From the IMG/VR virus record IMGVR_UViG_3300025678_000003, positions 1-53,473 of that record: 53,473 nt of DNA; one strand, 5' to 3'. This DNA is from a virus. Position numbers and translations under genes: made by a program. Within the stretch, counting starts at the first letter, position 1; each line of letters opens with the position of its first letter. Shown here piece after piece: positions 18,307 through 27,862 of this stretch. The notes beneath the pieces are model-generated. The model was given only the letters and a program-made list of their open reading frames with translations, was not told the DNA's origin and made no database searches.

Positions 18307-18345
18307 GATGGAATGATCCTTTCGTTTGCGAGAGTGCGCGGTGCG

Positions 18346-18747
18346 TTAGTTGCGCACTTGCGGGTTGGAGAGGACGATGCCTGGCAGGGCAATGCCGCGA
18401 ATGGTGGCGGCGCTGTTGCCACCGACATACACAAGGCCGTTTTCGTTGAACTCGCCCGCGTACCAGCACATGACCTTGGGCGTGCGCAGGTTGGCGGCGG
18501 TGGCGTTGAGGTTGTCGGCGTCGTAACAGACGATCACGATTTTGTCGTCGGCAGCAGCGGCAGCGGCGTACTTGACCAAGTTACCGGCGGCATCGGTTTT
18601 GGCAACCTCGTACTTGGCAAACGAGGAGTTGGCCGGCAGGGTGAACTCCCGCGATTTGTGGTCGCCGCCGATCAGGACGGTATCGGGGACAAAGCTGTCC
18701 TTCGAGAAGCCTGCAGTCTGCGGATAGACCTGGTTGTAAGTGGTCAT
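18346..18747 (-). CDS. Head decoration protein, gpD-like (133 aa)
   Basis: Size, position between protease and capsid genes, strong SD, and gpD-like sequence features. Confidence 0.75.
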   Translation of the reverse strand: MTTYNQVYPQTAGFSKDSFVPDTVLIGGDHKSREFTLPANSSFAKYEVAKTDAAGNLVKYAAAAAADDKIVIVCYDADNLNATAANLRTPKVMCWYAGEFNENGLVYVGGNSAATIRGIALPGIVLSNPQVRN

Positions 18748-18792
18748 GGTGATTTCCTTTGGGTGCGATGAAGAAGAATCGCCTGCAGGCGA

Positions 18793-19233
18793 TTACTTGG
18801 CTGGAACGCCGCCAAATTGGGCTTTGATTGCGGCGAGATTGGCCGCGACTTTTTGATCCTCGCTGGGCTTGCCGTTAGTGCCCTTGAGCGAAGCGTCAGC
18901 ATCCACATCGGGGTTGCTGTTGCTGGCTTTACTCATGGCCGCCTTGAGCAGATCCTCTTTTGGCTTGAGCGGGTTTTCTGCCTCGACCTTGGGCGCGACG
19001 GCGAGGATGCCCTTGGCATCGTCAACGCTGGCGTTGGTTTTGAGCGCGATGTGCTGGGCCTGGGCTTCGCGGCCTTTGGCCTCGTCGAGCGCGAGAATGG
19101 CGCTGATGCGCTCACGCTCGGCGGTGGCGCCGGCTTTGATGCCATTGGCTTCACCGGCCTTGACGCCTTCGGCGTGGGCGGTGGCTTTTGCCGCGTCGAG
19201 ATCGGCGGCGCTGTGAACGAGATCACCAGACAT
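18793..19233 (-). CDS. Nested in-frame scaffolding protein (Nu3-like, 146 aa)
   Basis: Internal ATG at 19233 preceded by GAAAGGAAACACC. The product MSGDLVHSAADLDAAKA... is helical and charged. Confidence 0.6.
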   Translation of the reverse strand: MSGDLVHSAADLDAAKATAHAEGVKAGEANGIKAGATAERERISAILALDEAKGREAQAQHIALKTNASVDDAKGILAVAPKVEAENPLKPKEDLLKAAMSKASNSNPDVDADASLKGTNGKPSEDQKVAANLAAIKAQFGGVPAK

Positions 19234-20151
19234 GGTGTTTCCTTTCGTTGAGATGGAGATTGCCGATGCGGCAGGTTTGCCTTTGCTCACTTTGTGAGCG
19301 GACCCGCCACGGATGGCCTTCACCATCTGGGCGTGGAAATCAGAGACGGTGGCGACGGCGTCGACCAGCTTGAGCTTTTTGGCCTCGGCGGCCATGAACA
19401 TTTCGCCATCCATGGCGTCGACAGCGTCAACACTGATGCCGCGATTGGCGGCGACGGCAGCGAAGAAATCAGCCGAGTAGGCGTCGACCACTTCCTGCAT
19501 GCGCGCGATGGTGGCGGGGTCGATCGCCTCCATACCGCTACCGCGATATTTGCGGCCACCCGAGCGGATGATGTGAGCGGCTACACCCGCCTTTTCCATC
19601 GCCTTGGTGAGATCGCGCATGACGATCACCGTGCCGATGCTGCCGGCCATGCCATCGGGGACCACACCGACGCGATCGGCCGACGAGGCGATCCAGTACG
19701 CCGCGCTGGCGGCTTGGGCGTTGGCAATAGCCCAAATGGGCTTGCTGGCGCTGTTGATGACCTGCTGCACCGCCGCCAGCCCGGCAGCAGAACCGCCTGG
19801 ACTGTTGACCTCAAGCATGATGCCATTGACCGCGGCATCGGCCTGGGCAGCTTTGATCTGCGCAGCAATGCCCTCGTAGCTGGTAACGCCGGAGCTGGCG
19901 CCGACGTAGCTGCCGCGGTTGACCAGCTCGCCATCAATGCCGATCAGGGCGATACCATCGCTGACCGAATACGGCTTGCGCGCGCTGTCGATCACCGCCC
20001 GATCAAGCGGCTTGTCGAGCGCTTTGTAGTCACCGCCGGATTCGGCGGTGACGATGCGCTGCCAGAGGAACGCCTCAACGGCGTGCGCGGCGTCGTCGCT
20101 AATCAGCAGCGGCGTGTTGAAGAACTCGGCCGCGATTCGGGCGATGTGCAT
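18793..20151 (-). CDS. Prohead protease, S49 (SppA/ClpP-like, lambda gpC-like) (452 aa)
   Basis: IMLEVNSPGGSAAG and AASAAYWIASSAD motifs typical of peptidase S49. Position after the portal gene. Confidence 0.85.
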   Translation of the reverse strand: MHIARIAAEFFNTPLLISDDAAHAVEAFLWQRIVTAESGGDYKALDKPLDRAVIDSARKPYSVSDGIALIGIDGELVNRGSYVGASSGVTSYEGIAAQIKAAQADAAVNGIMLEVNSPGGSAAGLAAVQQVINSASKPIWAIANAQAASAAYWIASSADRVGVVPDGMAGSIGTVIVMRDLTKAMEKAGVAAHIIRSGGRKYRGSGMEAIDPATIARMQEVVDAYSADFFAAVAANRGISVDAVDAMDGEMFMAAEAKKLKLVDAVATVSDFHAQMVKAIRGGSAHKVSKGKPAASAISISTKGNTMSGDLVHSAADLDAAKATAHAEGVKAGEANGIKAGATAERERISAILALDEAKGREAQAQHIALKTNASVDDAKGILAVAPKVEAENPLKPKEDLLKAAMSKASNSNPDVDADASLKGTNGKPSEDQKVAANLAAIKAQFGGVPAK

Positions 20152-20153
20152 GG

Positions 20154-21788
20154 CTAACCCTGCTGCTTGTTTGGCGCCGGCTCATCGGCCGGCGGCTGGT
20201 TGGGATCAACCTGCGGCGCACCAGCGGCAGCCACGGCGACCGGGCCGCCGGGCTGACTGAGACCGGCAGCGGCGATGATCTTGGTCTCGGCGGCGCGCTG
20301 CTGGATGACATCCTCGAAATCCTCACCCAAGAGCATGGCGTGCTCCTCCTCATACGTGGTGAGGTTGTTTTCAAGGGCGAGCACCGAGGCGGTGATTTCT
20401 TTCACCCGGTCGGTGAAGCTGTAGCGCGCGCCGAGCCATTTGGCTTTGGCGTAGGCGGCGATGTTGTCGTAGAAGCCGGGCGCCTCGATGTCGCCACGGT
20501 TGACGGCCTCCTCAAGCACCAGCTCCCATGCCGGCTGGCAAAAGCCGGTGGCAAGCCAATAGCGTTTGCCAGTGAAGAAGCGCACCGCCTCGGCCAAGCC
20601 AGCGCGGATGCCGACGTAGCTGGATTTGCTGAAATCCTTGGTGAACAGCTCGTAGGGCAGGTTGGTCGCTGCGCACATTTCGCGCAGGTAGATCATGGCG
20701 AACTGCTCGAGCTGCGGGCCGGGGCGGTTGGGCGAGAAGGCGGTCGCTTTTTCACCCACCTTGAGCTGCATGACGTTGGCGCCGCCGTTGAAGGTGGGCG
20801 GTTTGCGCGCGTCGAGGTATTCGAGCGCTTTGCCGCGATCGGCAAATGCGCCCAGCAGATCCTCGGTGGGCGTTTCGATGACCAACGCGATCAGCGCGTT
20901 GAGCATCTGGTTTTTCATCTCGTAGTCGAGATACTGGTCGAGCTGCTTGGCTTGGGCGAGGATTTGCGCGAGCGCGCCGACGCCGCGCGTTTGCCCGAAC
21001 TCGCGCCGCTCGATCAGGTGAATGATGCGGCGACGGCCCCATGCCGTGGTGAACGGCACTTCGGTTGTCTCGTAGGCACCGTAGGCACCGAGCGCGAGCA
21101 GATCGGTGGGGTTGCGCTTGCTGATGTGGGCAGCGAGCGGACGGCCATTGGCGTCGAAGCGGATGCCGCCACGCAGCTCGTTGGTGTCGGCCACACCCTG
21201 CGGGTTACGCACGCGGGCAGGCTGGATGCCCATGAGGCGGGTGCGCCACTTGCGGCCCGGCGTGTCATCCCACATCGGCAGGGCGAACGCATCGCCATCA
21301 CTGAACGTGTTGTAGAAGTGGATGGTTTGCTGGTCGGCAAAGTCATGCAGACCGGCGATGTCGCACTCGCGCGGGTCATTGGCCCATGTGCGGAACAGCG
21401 CGGCGGCGCGGCGATTCCAGTCACGCGCCCATTCCTCTGTTTTGCCGAGGGCGATGTAATCAACCTTGGGCGAGAGGCGCAGCCCCATCGGGCCGATGAT
21501 GTTGTCGACCTGCGTTTGCCGCACGCCGGCAGCAAAGCCGTTGTTGCGCAGCAGATCGCCACTGCGACCGGCGAGGCGCTGCGCTTCGGGCAGGATGGCG
21601 GAATCAGCCGAGCGGGGCGTGGCATCCCACGATTGCAGGGTTTTCTCGCCAAACCCGGCGCCGCGATAGGCGAGCGCGGAGACCTGCGGCGCCTGCTCAA
21701 CGGATGCGGGCTCCACAGGCGCCGGCAGCGCACGCGCGCCACTGCCCCACGGGTTGGCCACCCGGATGTTGGAATGAGCCTGATACAT
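20154..21788 (-). CDS. Portal protein, lambda family (544 aa)
   Basis: Track ORF trimmed to the ATG at 21788, overlapping the gpW stop. Size and synteny fit: TerL-gpW-portal-protease. Confidence 0.85.
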   Translation of the reverse strand: MYQAHSNIRVANPWGSGARALPAPVEPASVEQAPQVSALAYRGAGFGEKTLQSWDATPRSADSAILPEAQRLAGRSGDLLRNNGFAAGVRQTQVDNIIGPMGLRLSPKVDYIALGKTEEWARDWNRRAAALFRTWANDPRECDIAGLHDFADQQTIHFYNTFSDGDAFALPMWDDTPGRKWRTRLMGIQPARVRNPQGVADTNELRGGIRFDANGRPLAAHISKRNPTDLLALGAYGAYETTEVPFTTAWGRRRIIHLIERREFGQTRGVGALAQILAQAKQLDQYLDYEMKNQMLNALIALVIETPTEDLLGAFADRGKALEYLDARKPPTFNGGANVMQLKVGEKATAFSPNRPGPQLEQFAMIYLREMCAATNLPYELFTKDFSKSSYVGIRAGLAEAVRFFTGKRYWLATGFCQPAWELVLEEAVNRGDIEAPGFYDNIAAYAKAKWLGARYSFTDRVKEITASVLALENNLTTYEEEHAMLLGEDFEDVIQQRAAETKIIAAAGLSQPGGPVAVAAAGAPQVDPNQPPADEPAPNKQQG

Positions 21789-22045
21789 CAGCAGCGACCA
21801 TCGCCCATGCTGGGCTGCGCAAAGCGGCTGGCGGGTGCGCCGACGACTTGCACGCCGCAATACACCTGCATCTGCGCGGCGATTTCGTTGCGCGCGGCGA
21901 GCAGTTGATTAGCCGACGCCATGGCGTAGGTGACGGTTTTGTCACCATAGGTGACCGTGACCTGGCGCTTGCCGGTGAGCAGATCCATGTACGCCTGATT
22001 CAGGGCGTCATAGTCGGCTTGCAGTTGCGTGCAATCCAGAGGCAT
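21788..22045 (-). CDS. Head-to-tail joining protein gpW-like (85 aa)
   Basis: Small ORF between TerL and portal, as in lambda. LQADYDALNQAYMDLLTGKRQVTVTYGDKTVTY fits the gpW family pattern. Confidence 0.75.
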   Translation of the reverse strand: MPLDCTQLQADYDALNQAYMDLLTGKRQVTVTYGDKTVTYAMASANQLLAARNEIAAQMQVYCGVQVVGAPASRFAQPSMGDGRC

Positions 22046-24024
22046 TAGAGGTCCGCGGTTGTGGTTTTGCGCTCGCCACCAAGCAGGGCGAGCATGGATT
22101 GATCGGCAGCGCCGAGCGGGTTGACCAGCACGGGGGCCGGCGCCCGGTCATCTGCCGGCGTGGTGGCGGCAGCGAGCAGGTCAAGCGTGCGGCCCTGCCC
22201 GTGCAGCGCCATGCGCGTATCCCAATCGGCGTCGCGCATCTTGTCCATACGAATATTCGGGTGATGGGCACCGGCGAAGCAGAGCACCATCAGATCGAGC
22301 GCCTCGTTACGCGAGCCCGGCGGCTTGTCATAGCGCTGTTTGTGCGGGTCAAACACCTCGATGCAGAGCTGTTTGAAAAAGTCGTCGCTCAGTTGCTCAG
22401 AGAAGCGGATGACCCGGTCGTCGGGGTTGTCGCGCTTGCCGTCGTTGCGCAGGTTGGCGTAGATCCAGTCTTTGGCGACATCGGTGCCGATTTCGTACTG
22501 ATCGGCGCCCCAGCGGTCGGGCTTTTCGTTGATCTTGACATCAACCTTGCGCGGCCTGCCGATCAGCGGGGCATTGCGGCGGCTGGCACCCTTGGTGCCA
22601 TACCAGCGATCGGCCTTGTGTGCTCGCGTGAACTGCAGCACGATGCTCTGCTGATAGCCGGAGTCGATTAGCGCGATGTCGGGCACGATGACAGTACCAA
22701 ACTCCGTTTCAACCGGGCGCTTGAGGTACGCCTCAATAGCCTGGTAGTCGGCGAGCACCGCCGTCTCGGCCATGATGATGCCGTGGTCGATGACGGTGGC
22801 TCGGCGATCGCGGCACCAGCCGACGATCAGGTACTCGAAACGGTCTTTCTGCACATCCACTGCGGCGGTGAACAGCAGGCAGCGCGAGGGGGCGCGGCGC
22901 AGCGGGTATTTCTCGGCCCGCTCTTTGACGCGCTCCCAATCGACCTTTTCGTCGTTGTCGACCCACGTTTCGCCAAGCCGGGTGTTGACAAACACCTTGA
23001 GCTTGGTTTTTTCGCCCTTGCAGTCGACAAACTCTTGCGCCAGCTCACCCCATTTCTTGCCGAGCCCAATAGTGCTGTACAGCGCAGAAATCTGGAATGA
23101 GCGGTGAAACAGCGAGCGCTCGGGGAACTTTGGCACCCACCTGGCCACGCCGTTGCGCAGCATCGTCTGCTTGTGGTGCTCCTCGATGATGCAGCCGGTT
23201 ACCTGGCAGATGTAATAGGCCGCTTTAGGGTTTTCATGAGGCCAATCAAGACCGTCCCACACCAAGCGCTGATACTCGCCGCAGTGCGGACATGGCACAT
23301 GGCGATAGCTTTGATCGCCCAGCAGAAACGCGCGATTGATGCGCGATAGCGCCTCGACCGTGGGCGAGCTTGCCTTGTAGCGCTTGGCTCGCGGCCCGTA
23401 CATCGTGGTGCGGGCATCAGCCAGCACCGTGGGGTCGCCCTCGCCTTCTACGTCCTGCGGGTAGCGATCGACCTCATCCTGCGCGACGATGCGGCAGGTG
23501 ACCGATGCGAGATCAGACGGCGACTCGGACGAGGCAAAGTAGAGCATGCCACCGTCAAACTCTTTGAGCTCGGCGGAGTTGGCATCCTTGCGCGACCGGG
23601 GCCGCAGCGCATCGCGCAGCACCGGCGTGGCCTCGGCGTTGCGGTCAAAGCGCTTGGACATGCGCTTGATCTGCTTGTGGTTGGGCACCACGAGCAGCAT
23701 GGAATCGGGGTCATGGTGAACGTGGTAGGCCAGCAGATTGATGAGCGAATCGCTCTTGCCGCTAGTCTGCGACGAACCCATGAAGGTGACATCAGTACAT
23801 GGATGTGACGGCGAGAGCGCATCCATGATTTCCGCAAGATGCGGCATGCGGTCGGTGACCCACTTGCCGGCAATCGGAGACATGCCGCCCGCGATGTAGC
23901 GGTACTCGTCCGCCCATTGCGTGATAGTCATGGCAGCGGGCATCTCGAGCCCTTCGCGCCACATGCGCGCAAGGTACTGCCCGCCTGACTCGCGGTCGGC
24001 GTCGGTTTTCTCGGGGCTGTACAC
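22045..24024 (-). CDS. terL: Terminase large subunit, lambda gpA family (659 aa, GTG start)
   Basis: ITQWADEYRY...KWVTDRMPHLAEIMDAL...FMGSSQTSGKSD (Walker A-like) and overall length match Terminase_GpA. Confidence 0.9.
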   Translation of the reverse strand: MYSPEKTDADRESGGQYLARMWREGLEMPAAMTITQWADEYRYIAGGMSPIAGKWVTDRMPHLAEIMDALSPSHPCTDVTFMGSSQTSGKSDSLINLLAYHVHHDPDSMLLVVPNHKQIKRMSKRFDRNAEATPVLRDALRPRSRKDANSAELKEFDGGMLYFASSESPSDLASVTCRIVAQDEVDRYPQDVEGEGDPTVLADARTTMYGPRAKRYKASSPTVEALSRINRAFLLGDQSYRHVPCPHCGEYQRLVWDGLDWPHENPKAAYYICQVTGCIIEEHHKQTMLRNGVARWVPKFPERSLFHRSFQISALYSTIGLGKKWGELAQEFVDCKGEKTKLKVFVNTRLGETWVDNDEKVDWERVKERAEKYPLRRAPSRCLLFTAAVDVQKDRFEYLIVGWCRDRRATVIDHGIIMAETAVLADYQAIEAYLKRPVETEFGTVIVPDIALIDSGYQQSIVLQFTRAHKADRWYGTKGASRRNAPLIGRPRKVDVKINEKPDRWGADQYEIGTDVAKDWIYANLRNDGKRDNPDDRVIRFSEQLSDDFFKQLCIEVFDPHKQRYDKPPGSRNEALDLMVLCFAGAHHPNIRMDKMRDADWDTRMALHGQGRTLDLLAAATTPADDRAPAPVLVNPLGAADQSMLALLGGERKTTTADL

Positions 24025-24027
24025 GGG

Positions 24028-24699
24028 CTAGTTCTTGACGGCGCTGCGCGCGTCATCCACCGCGTCGACCACCTTGCCCATGCGTTCTACCTCGTCTGCC
24101 ACCTGCTTGAGCGCGGTGCGGTGCGCCTCAGTGACCATTGAACGGAAGCCGTGCTCGATCAACTGGTAAACGTCGGGGTCGATCTTGCCGCCAACGTGCT
24201 GCTTGACGACGCCGATCAGCATGGACGGCAGCGTCGCCTGGACTTCGGTCAGCAGATTGCGCCACGCCTTGCCCGCAGCCTTGGCCATTGAGCCGGCCGC
24301 AGACCGCTCGACGTACTGCTCGCGCATCTTGGCGAGCTCGAATTCAGCCGTCTCGGCAAGCGCCTGTTCACGGCGAGCCCTGACATCGGCAAACTTGAGC
24401 ACCGGCGGCTTGTTCACATCCGGGACGCGAGGCAGGTTGGCCATGATGGCCGCCTCGTCCGGGTGCAGCGGTATCGACTGCTGCAAGGCAGGATTCAGCG
24501 GTTTGCCGTACCGCTCGGCATTGGCGCGGACCACACCCTCGCGCGATGGATCTGCGCGCGCATCGAGAATCGCATCGGCAACAGCCGGGTCGATCTTCTT
24601 GTTGCTGTCGACCGGTATCACGCCGGTGCTCACCAGACGATTGATGTACTGCTTCTTCACCCCCCGATGAGCAGCGTACTCAACCTGATTCATCGCCAT
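24028..24699 (-). CDS. terS: Terminase small subunit, Nu1-like HTH (223 aa)
   Basis: MAMNQVEYAAHRGVKKQYINRLVSTGVIP is an N-terminal HTH. The gene is directly upstream of TerL. Track TTG start trimmed to the ATG at 24699. Confidence 0.75.
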   Translation of the reverse strand: MAMNQVEYAAHRGVKKQYINRLVSTGVIPVDSNKKIDPAVADAILDARADPSREGVVRANAERYGKPLNPALQQSIPLHPDEAAIMANLPRVPDVNKPPVLKFADVRARREQALAETAEFELAKMREQYVERSAAGSMAKAAGKAWRNLLTEVQATLPSMLIGVVKQHVGGKIDPDVYQLIEHGFRSMVTEAHRTALKQVADEVERMGKVVDAVDDARSAVKN

Positions 24700-24826
24700 C
24701 GGTAAACCAGTCAACCTAAGCCGGTCAACTGAGTAAACCAGTAAACCAACTCTGAAAATTCACAAATGAACCCAAGCCCGCGGGTCGAATTACCCGCGAC
24801 GGGTGGGGGTGGGCGGTGAGGACCCG
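24700..24826. promoter_or_regulatory. Putative cos region (terminase binding repeats plus a GC-rich cosN-like segment)
   Basis: GTAAACCAG occurs three times (24702, 24733, 24741). A GC-rich quasi-palindrome (cccgcgggtcgaattacccgcgacggg) follows. GGGCGGTGAGGA at 24811-24822 matches the lambda cohesive end GGGCGGCGACCT at 8 of 12 positions. Confidence 0.45.
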
Positions 24827-25501
24827 TCAGTATTTGGCTAGGGCCTGGGCTAGATTGATCGGAAAGCGCGCATCGGCGGTTGTCATGCCGATCTGCTCCC
24901 ACTCGAACGCGGGTTTGTAGTTCGCGGAATCCTTGAAGGCGAATAAAAGATGTAAGGCGCGGCCGTCACGCTCATAGATGCCGGGCACCTTATCGGGTTG
25001 GCCTTTTGGCTGTCCGACGAAATAGCGGGCGCCGGCGCTTGGCTTGTCTATGTCGCGGATGATGCGCGTTAGCGTTGCACGCGGTACGTTGCCGTATTGG
25101 TCTAGCTGCAGCGCTGCCCTGGGCATTGCGTAAGCCGTGACCAATTGACCACGGATTCGGAATTCCATCGCCTTATAGCTGCGCCGGCCGCCGTCGATCT
25201 GCCATTGCAGATAGCGCGACTGTATCGGGCGCATGAACACGCGCGCCTGTGGCCTGGCCTTTGTTGCTGCTTCCGTACCGAAAGCCCGCAGCGTGAATGG
25301 TGTTGGACGGTCTAGCGAATCTTCTAGACCTTGCGACTCTGCGGCTTCAATATCTTTTGCCGTCGCAGTTAAAGCCGCGACTATGGCAAACGACGATTCG
25401 GCCCGCAGCTCGCCTATTAGGTCATCCAGCGCCCCAGCGGTGACCTGGTGCACGAATGCCACGATTGCCTCGGACGTGATGACCCGGACGCAATTCTGCA
25501 T
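24827..25501 (-). CDS. Hypothetical protein (224 aa), first gene of the minus-strand late transcription unit
   Basis: Clean ORF. No motif recognised. Confidence 0.6.
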   Translation of the reverse strand: MQNCVRVITSEAIVAFVHQVTAGALDDLIGELRAESSFAIVAALTATAKDIEAAESQGLEDSLDRPTPFTLRAFGTEAATKARPQARVFMRPIQSRYLQWQIDGGRRSYKAMEFRIRGQLVTAYAMPRAALQLDQYGNVPRATLTRIIRDIDKPSAGARYFVGQPKGQPDKVPGIYERDGRALHLLFAFKDSANYKPAFEWEQIGMTTADARFPINLAQALAKY

Positions 25502-25666
25502 GCTGTTCGGCGTGTTGCAATGCCTGGATTCGGCGTGCGCATCGCAAGCCCATGATTTAGCTAAAAAACTTTTTGCGCTACACCCTCAAAACTTGGCAGA
25601 AACCGGCGATTGTTCCGTTTTTTGATATTTCTGTCGATTTATAGGGTTTTCCAGCGCAAATACCGC

Positions 25667-25695
25667 TTGCAATTAATTCCGCAGCAGGCATAATT
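25667..25695 (+). promoter_or_regulatory. Sigma70-like promoter of the 25.7-28.9 kb accessory operon
   Basis: TTGCAA, 17-nt spacer, ATAATT, read directly in an AT-richer intergenic region. Confidence 0.6.
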
Positions 25696-25709
25696 AATAG
25701 CACCAACAC

Positions 25710-25723
25710 CGATATGCATATCG
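25710..25723. promoter_or_regulatory. Perfect 14-bp palindrome (operator candidate)
   Basis: CGATATGCATATCG lies just downstream of the predicted -10. Confidence 0.5.
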
Positions 25724-25763
25724 GCTTAATAGGCCCAATGGGCCGCCACACCAGGAGATAAAA

Positions 25764-26357
25764 ATGTCATCACGCAAAGTCACCCACCGTTTCGTCGAAG
25801 CCGCTCGCGAGGAGTTTCCCGACGCTCTCGCAGACGAGCAGCTCCGCCTGTACCGCGACCTGAACGAACGCGGGCTTGCGCACATCGCGACGCAATTCCG
25901 CGCAATCGCAAAAAGCGAAGACAAGTACCTCGATATTGATGCATGCGTCGAGTGGGCCGAGCGGCGGCTCGCCGAGCACGGCGGCGAGAGCACCGAGTAC
26001 TCGTTTTTCAAACGCGGCCCCTTCGCTAATCGCGTCACGTTCGATATTTCCGTCGACGAGGACAAACACTTCGCCTGGACAGCAGAGGCCGACGAATCGG
26101 CGCCGGAACAGGTGCATCATGCGCTCGCGCACCCGCTGCGCTTTGTGCGAGCACACAACGCCGCTGCAGCAGCAGAGGAGCGCGCCGCGAAGTTATCGGC
26201 TTTCGCGCTCGCGGCGGCTCGCGTCGCACGCGCCACCGAATACACCGGCACGGTCGCCGACTGGATGGCCGCGCCTTTCCACCCAGCGCCTGCGTGCGTC
26301 GTGGCCGCGAAGCGAGAATCCGGCCTGACGTGGTCGCAGTTTCAAGCGACGCGCTGA
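25764..26357 (+). CDS. Hypothetical protein (197 aa)
   Basis: ATG preceded by CAGGAGATAAAA. Confidence 0.65.
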   Translation: MSSRKVTHRFVEAAREEFPDALADEQLRLYRDLNERGLAHIATQFRAIAKSEDKYLDIDACVEWAERRLAEHGGESTEYSFFKRGPFANRVTFDISVDEDKHFAWTAEADESAPEQVHHALAHPLRFVRAHNAAAAAEERAAKLSAFALAAARVARATEYTGTVADWMAAPFHPAPACVVAAKRESGLTWSQFQATR

Positions 26358-26452
26358 GCAAGCCCCTCGCCACTCTGCGCCTGGTCAACCGGGCGCAGCA
26401 GGCGGGCGACTTGCCCGATTTTTGGCCCGCCGGGCCGCCGGAAGGAAACAAC

Positions 26453-27058
26453 ATGGACCCGAGAAAACTTACCCCCGATGAACTGCACACCGCGCGCCGC
26501 GCTCAAGGCGACAGCCTGATGCAACTCAAGAACTGCGATGCCGTGGTGTACCTTAACCGCAACGCAGCAGGCAAGCCAACTGCTCGCGGTTTTGTTGGCA
26601 AATCACTTAAACCGTCGTTCTATTACAGCTTCCGAGACATTCCGCAGATGATGAAACACATCGCGGAATTTCAATCCCACCAAGCCGAGATCGTCGCCAG
26701 CAAGGCAGCTCGCGCGAACGAACGAAAAGCCTTTCGCCACCGCCTGCAGGTAGGTGACGTGCTGGTGTGCTCGTGGGGATACGATCAGACAAACATTGAC
26801 TACTACCAAGTGACCGAGCTCCACGGCGCGCACTTTGTCAGCGTTCGCGAAATCAGCGCCGATCTATCGGGATCGGGAGACATGACCGGCACCAGCACGC
26901 CGCGCGTGAACGATTTTTTGCCCGGCGTGATGCGCTGCCGCGTCAACGCCCAGAACTCAATAAAGATCAAGTCATACGCCTACGCGCGGCCATTGCCGTA
27001 CACCGTGATTGACGGCGAGCGAGTCTACCAACGAAGCAACTGGACAGCATACGCCTAG
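26453..27058 (+). CDS. Hypothetical protein (201 aa)
   Basis: Track ORF trimmed to the ATG at 26453, preceded by GGAAGGAAACAAC. Confidence 0.6.
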   Translation: MDPRKLTPDELHTARRAQGDSLMQLKNCDAVVYLNRNAAGKPTARGFVGKSLKPSFYYSFRDIPQMMKHIAEFQSHQAEIVASKAARANERKAFRHRLQVGDVLVCSWGYDQTNIDYYQVTELHGAHFVSVREISADLSGSGDMTGTSTPRVNDFLPGVMRCRVNAQNSIKIKSYAYARPLPYTVIDGERVYQRSNWTAYA

Positions 27059-27135
27059 CGGCCCTCGAAACCCGGCCACCGGCCGGGCCTACTGATGCGC
27101 CCTCACATGGAGGGCGCAGCCGTAGGAATAACACC

Positions 27136-27681
27136 ATGACCACCGAATTTAACCGCCAGCAAGCCGCCGCGTTGCGCGCGGCGCTCGGCTTGAGCGTTAG
27201 CCAAATGGCCGACGCTGTCGGCCTGGCTGGCACGCCTGACAACCGCGCCGACTACTGGCGCCAGATCGAGAACGGCGCACGCAACATATCCGGGCCGCTG
27301 GCGCGCGTGCTGCGCTATCTCTCGCAGGGTGCGGCGGTGCACGATGACCCGACGCTGTCGGACGGCTTGGCAGCCATGCTGCCGACCTACCTTGAGTGCA
27401 GCGACCTGGAAGCGCCGGACGACGAACCCGGCCGCACAATCATCATGCGCACGGCCTGGCCGCGCTTTTTCGCGGTTGAGTTTGAACCCGACGAACTGCC
27501 GCCCGATGCACCAGCGATGCTGCGGGCGAACGGCTCGCCCTGCCTAGAGCTGCCGGCCGAAATCGGCTGCGGCTGGCTTGTTGTTTTGTGGATCGACACC
27601 CCAGCCAGCGACCCGACCATGCACGTTACGCGAGCAGCACAACTGATGATTGACCGCATCCGCCGCGACCTGGCACCCTAA
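27136..27681 (+). CDS. HTH (XRE-like) domain protein (181 aa)
   Basis: N-terminus QQAAALRAALGLSVSQMADAVGL...YWRQIENG looks like an HTH. Confidence 0.55.
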   Translation: MTTEFNRQQAAALRAALGLSVSQMADAVGLAGTPDNRADYWRQIENGARNISGPLARVLRYLSQGAAVHDDPTLSDGLAAMLPTYLECSDLEAPDDEPGRTIIMRTAWPRFFAVEFEPDELPPDAPAMLRANGSPCLELPAEIGCGWLVVLWIDTPASDPTMHVTRAAQLMIDRIRRDLAP

Positions 27682-27724
27682 ACCGAAAACAGCCACAACA
27701 TCGCCACCCCCGAAAGAGCAAACC

Positions 27725-27862
27725 ATGTGGATAATTTTTGATCGACTGAACGGCTACGCAGCTATTGGCGAGCCAGCATCCCTCCTCGTCATCAATGAGC
27801 GCTGCCAGCAAATGAATCGCGAGATTGGCAGCGCACGCTATGGCATCGCGCGCGCATCATGA
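27725..27862 (+). CDS. Small hypothetical protein (45 aa)
   Basis: ATG at 27725. Its stop overlaps the ligase start (ATGA). Confidence 0.35.
   Translation: MWIIFDRLNGYAAIGEPASLLVINERCQQMNREIGSARYGIARAS

Noticed and set aside
27059-27135. GC hairpins CCGGCC-acc-GGCCGG and GCGCCCTC-acatg-GAGGGCGC as terminators, or as a seventh REP copy (agccgtagg nearby).
   Set aside because: No T-run follows either hairpin. The flank and stem do not match the CGTAGCC...AATCGAGG consensus.
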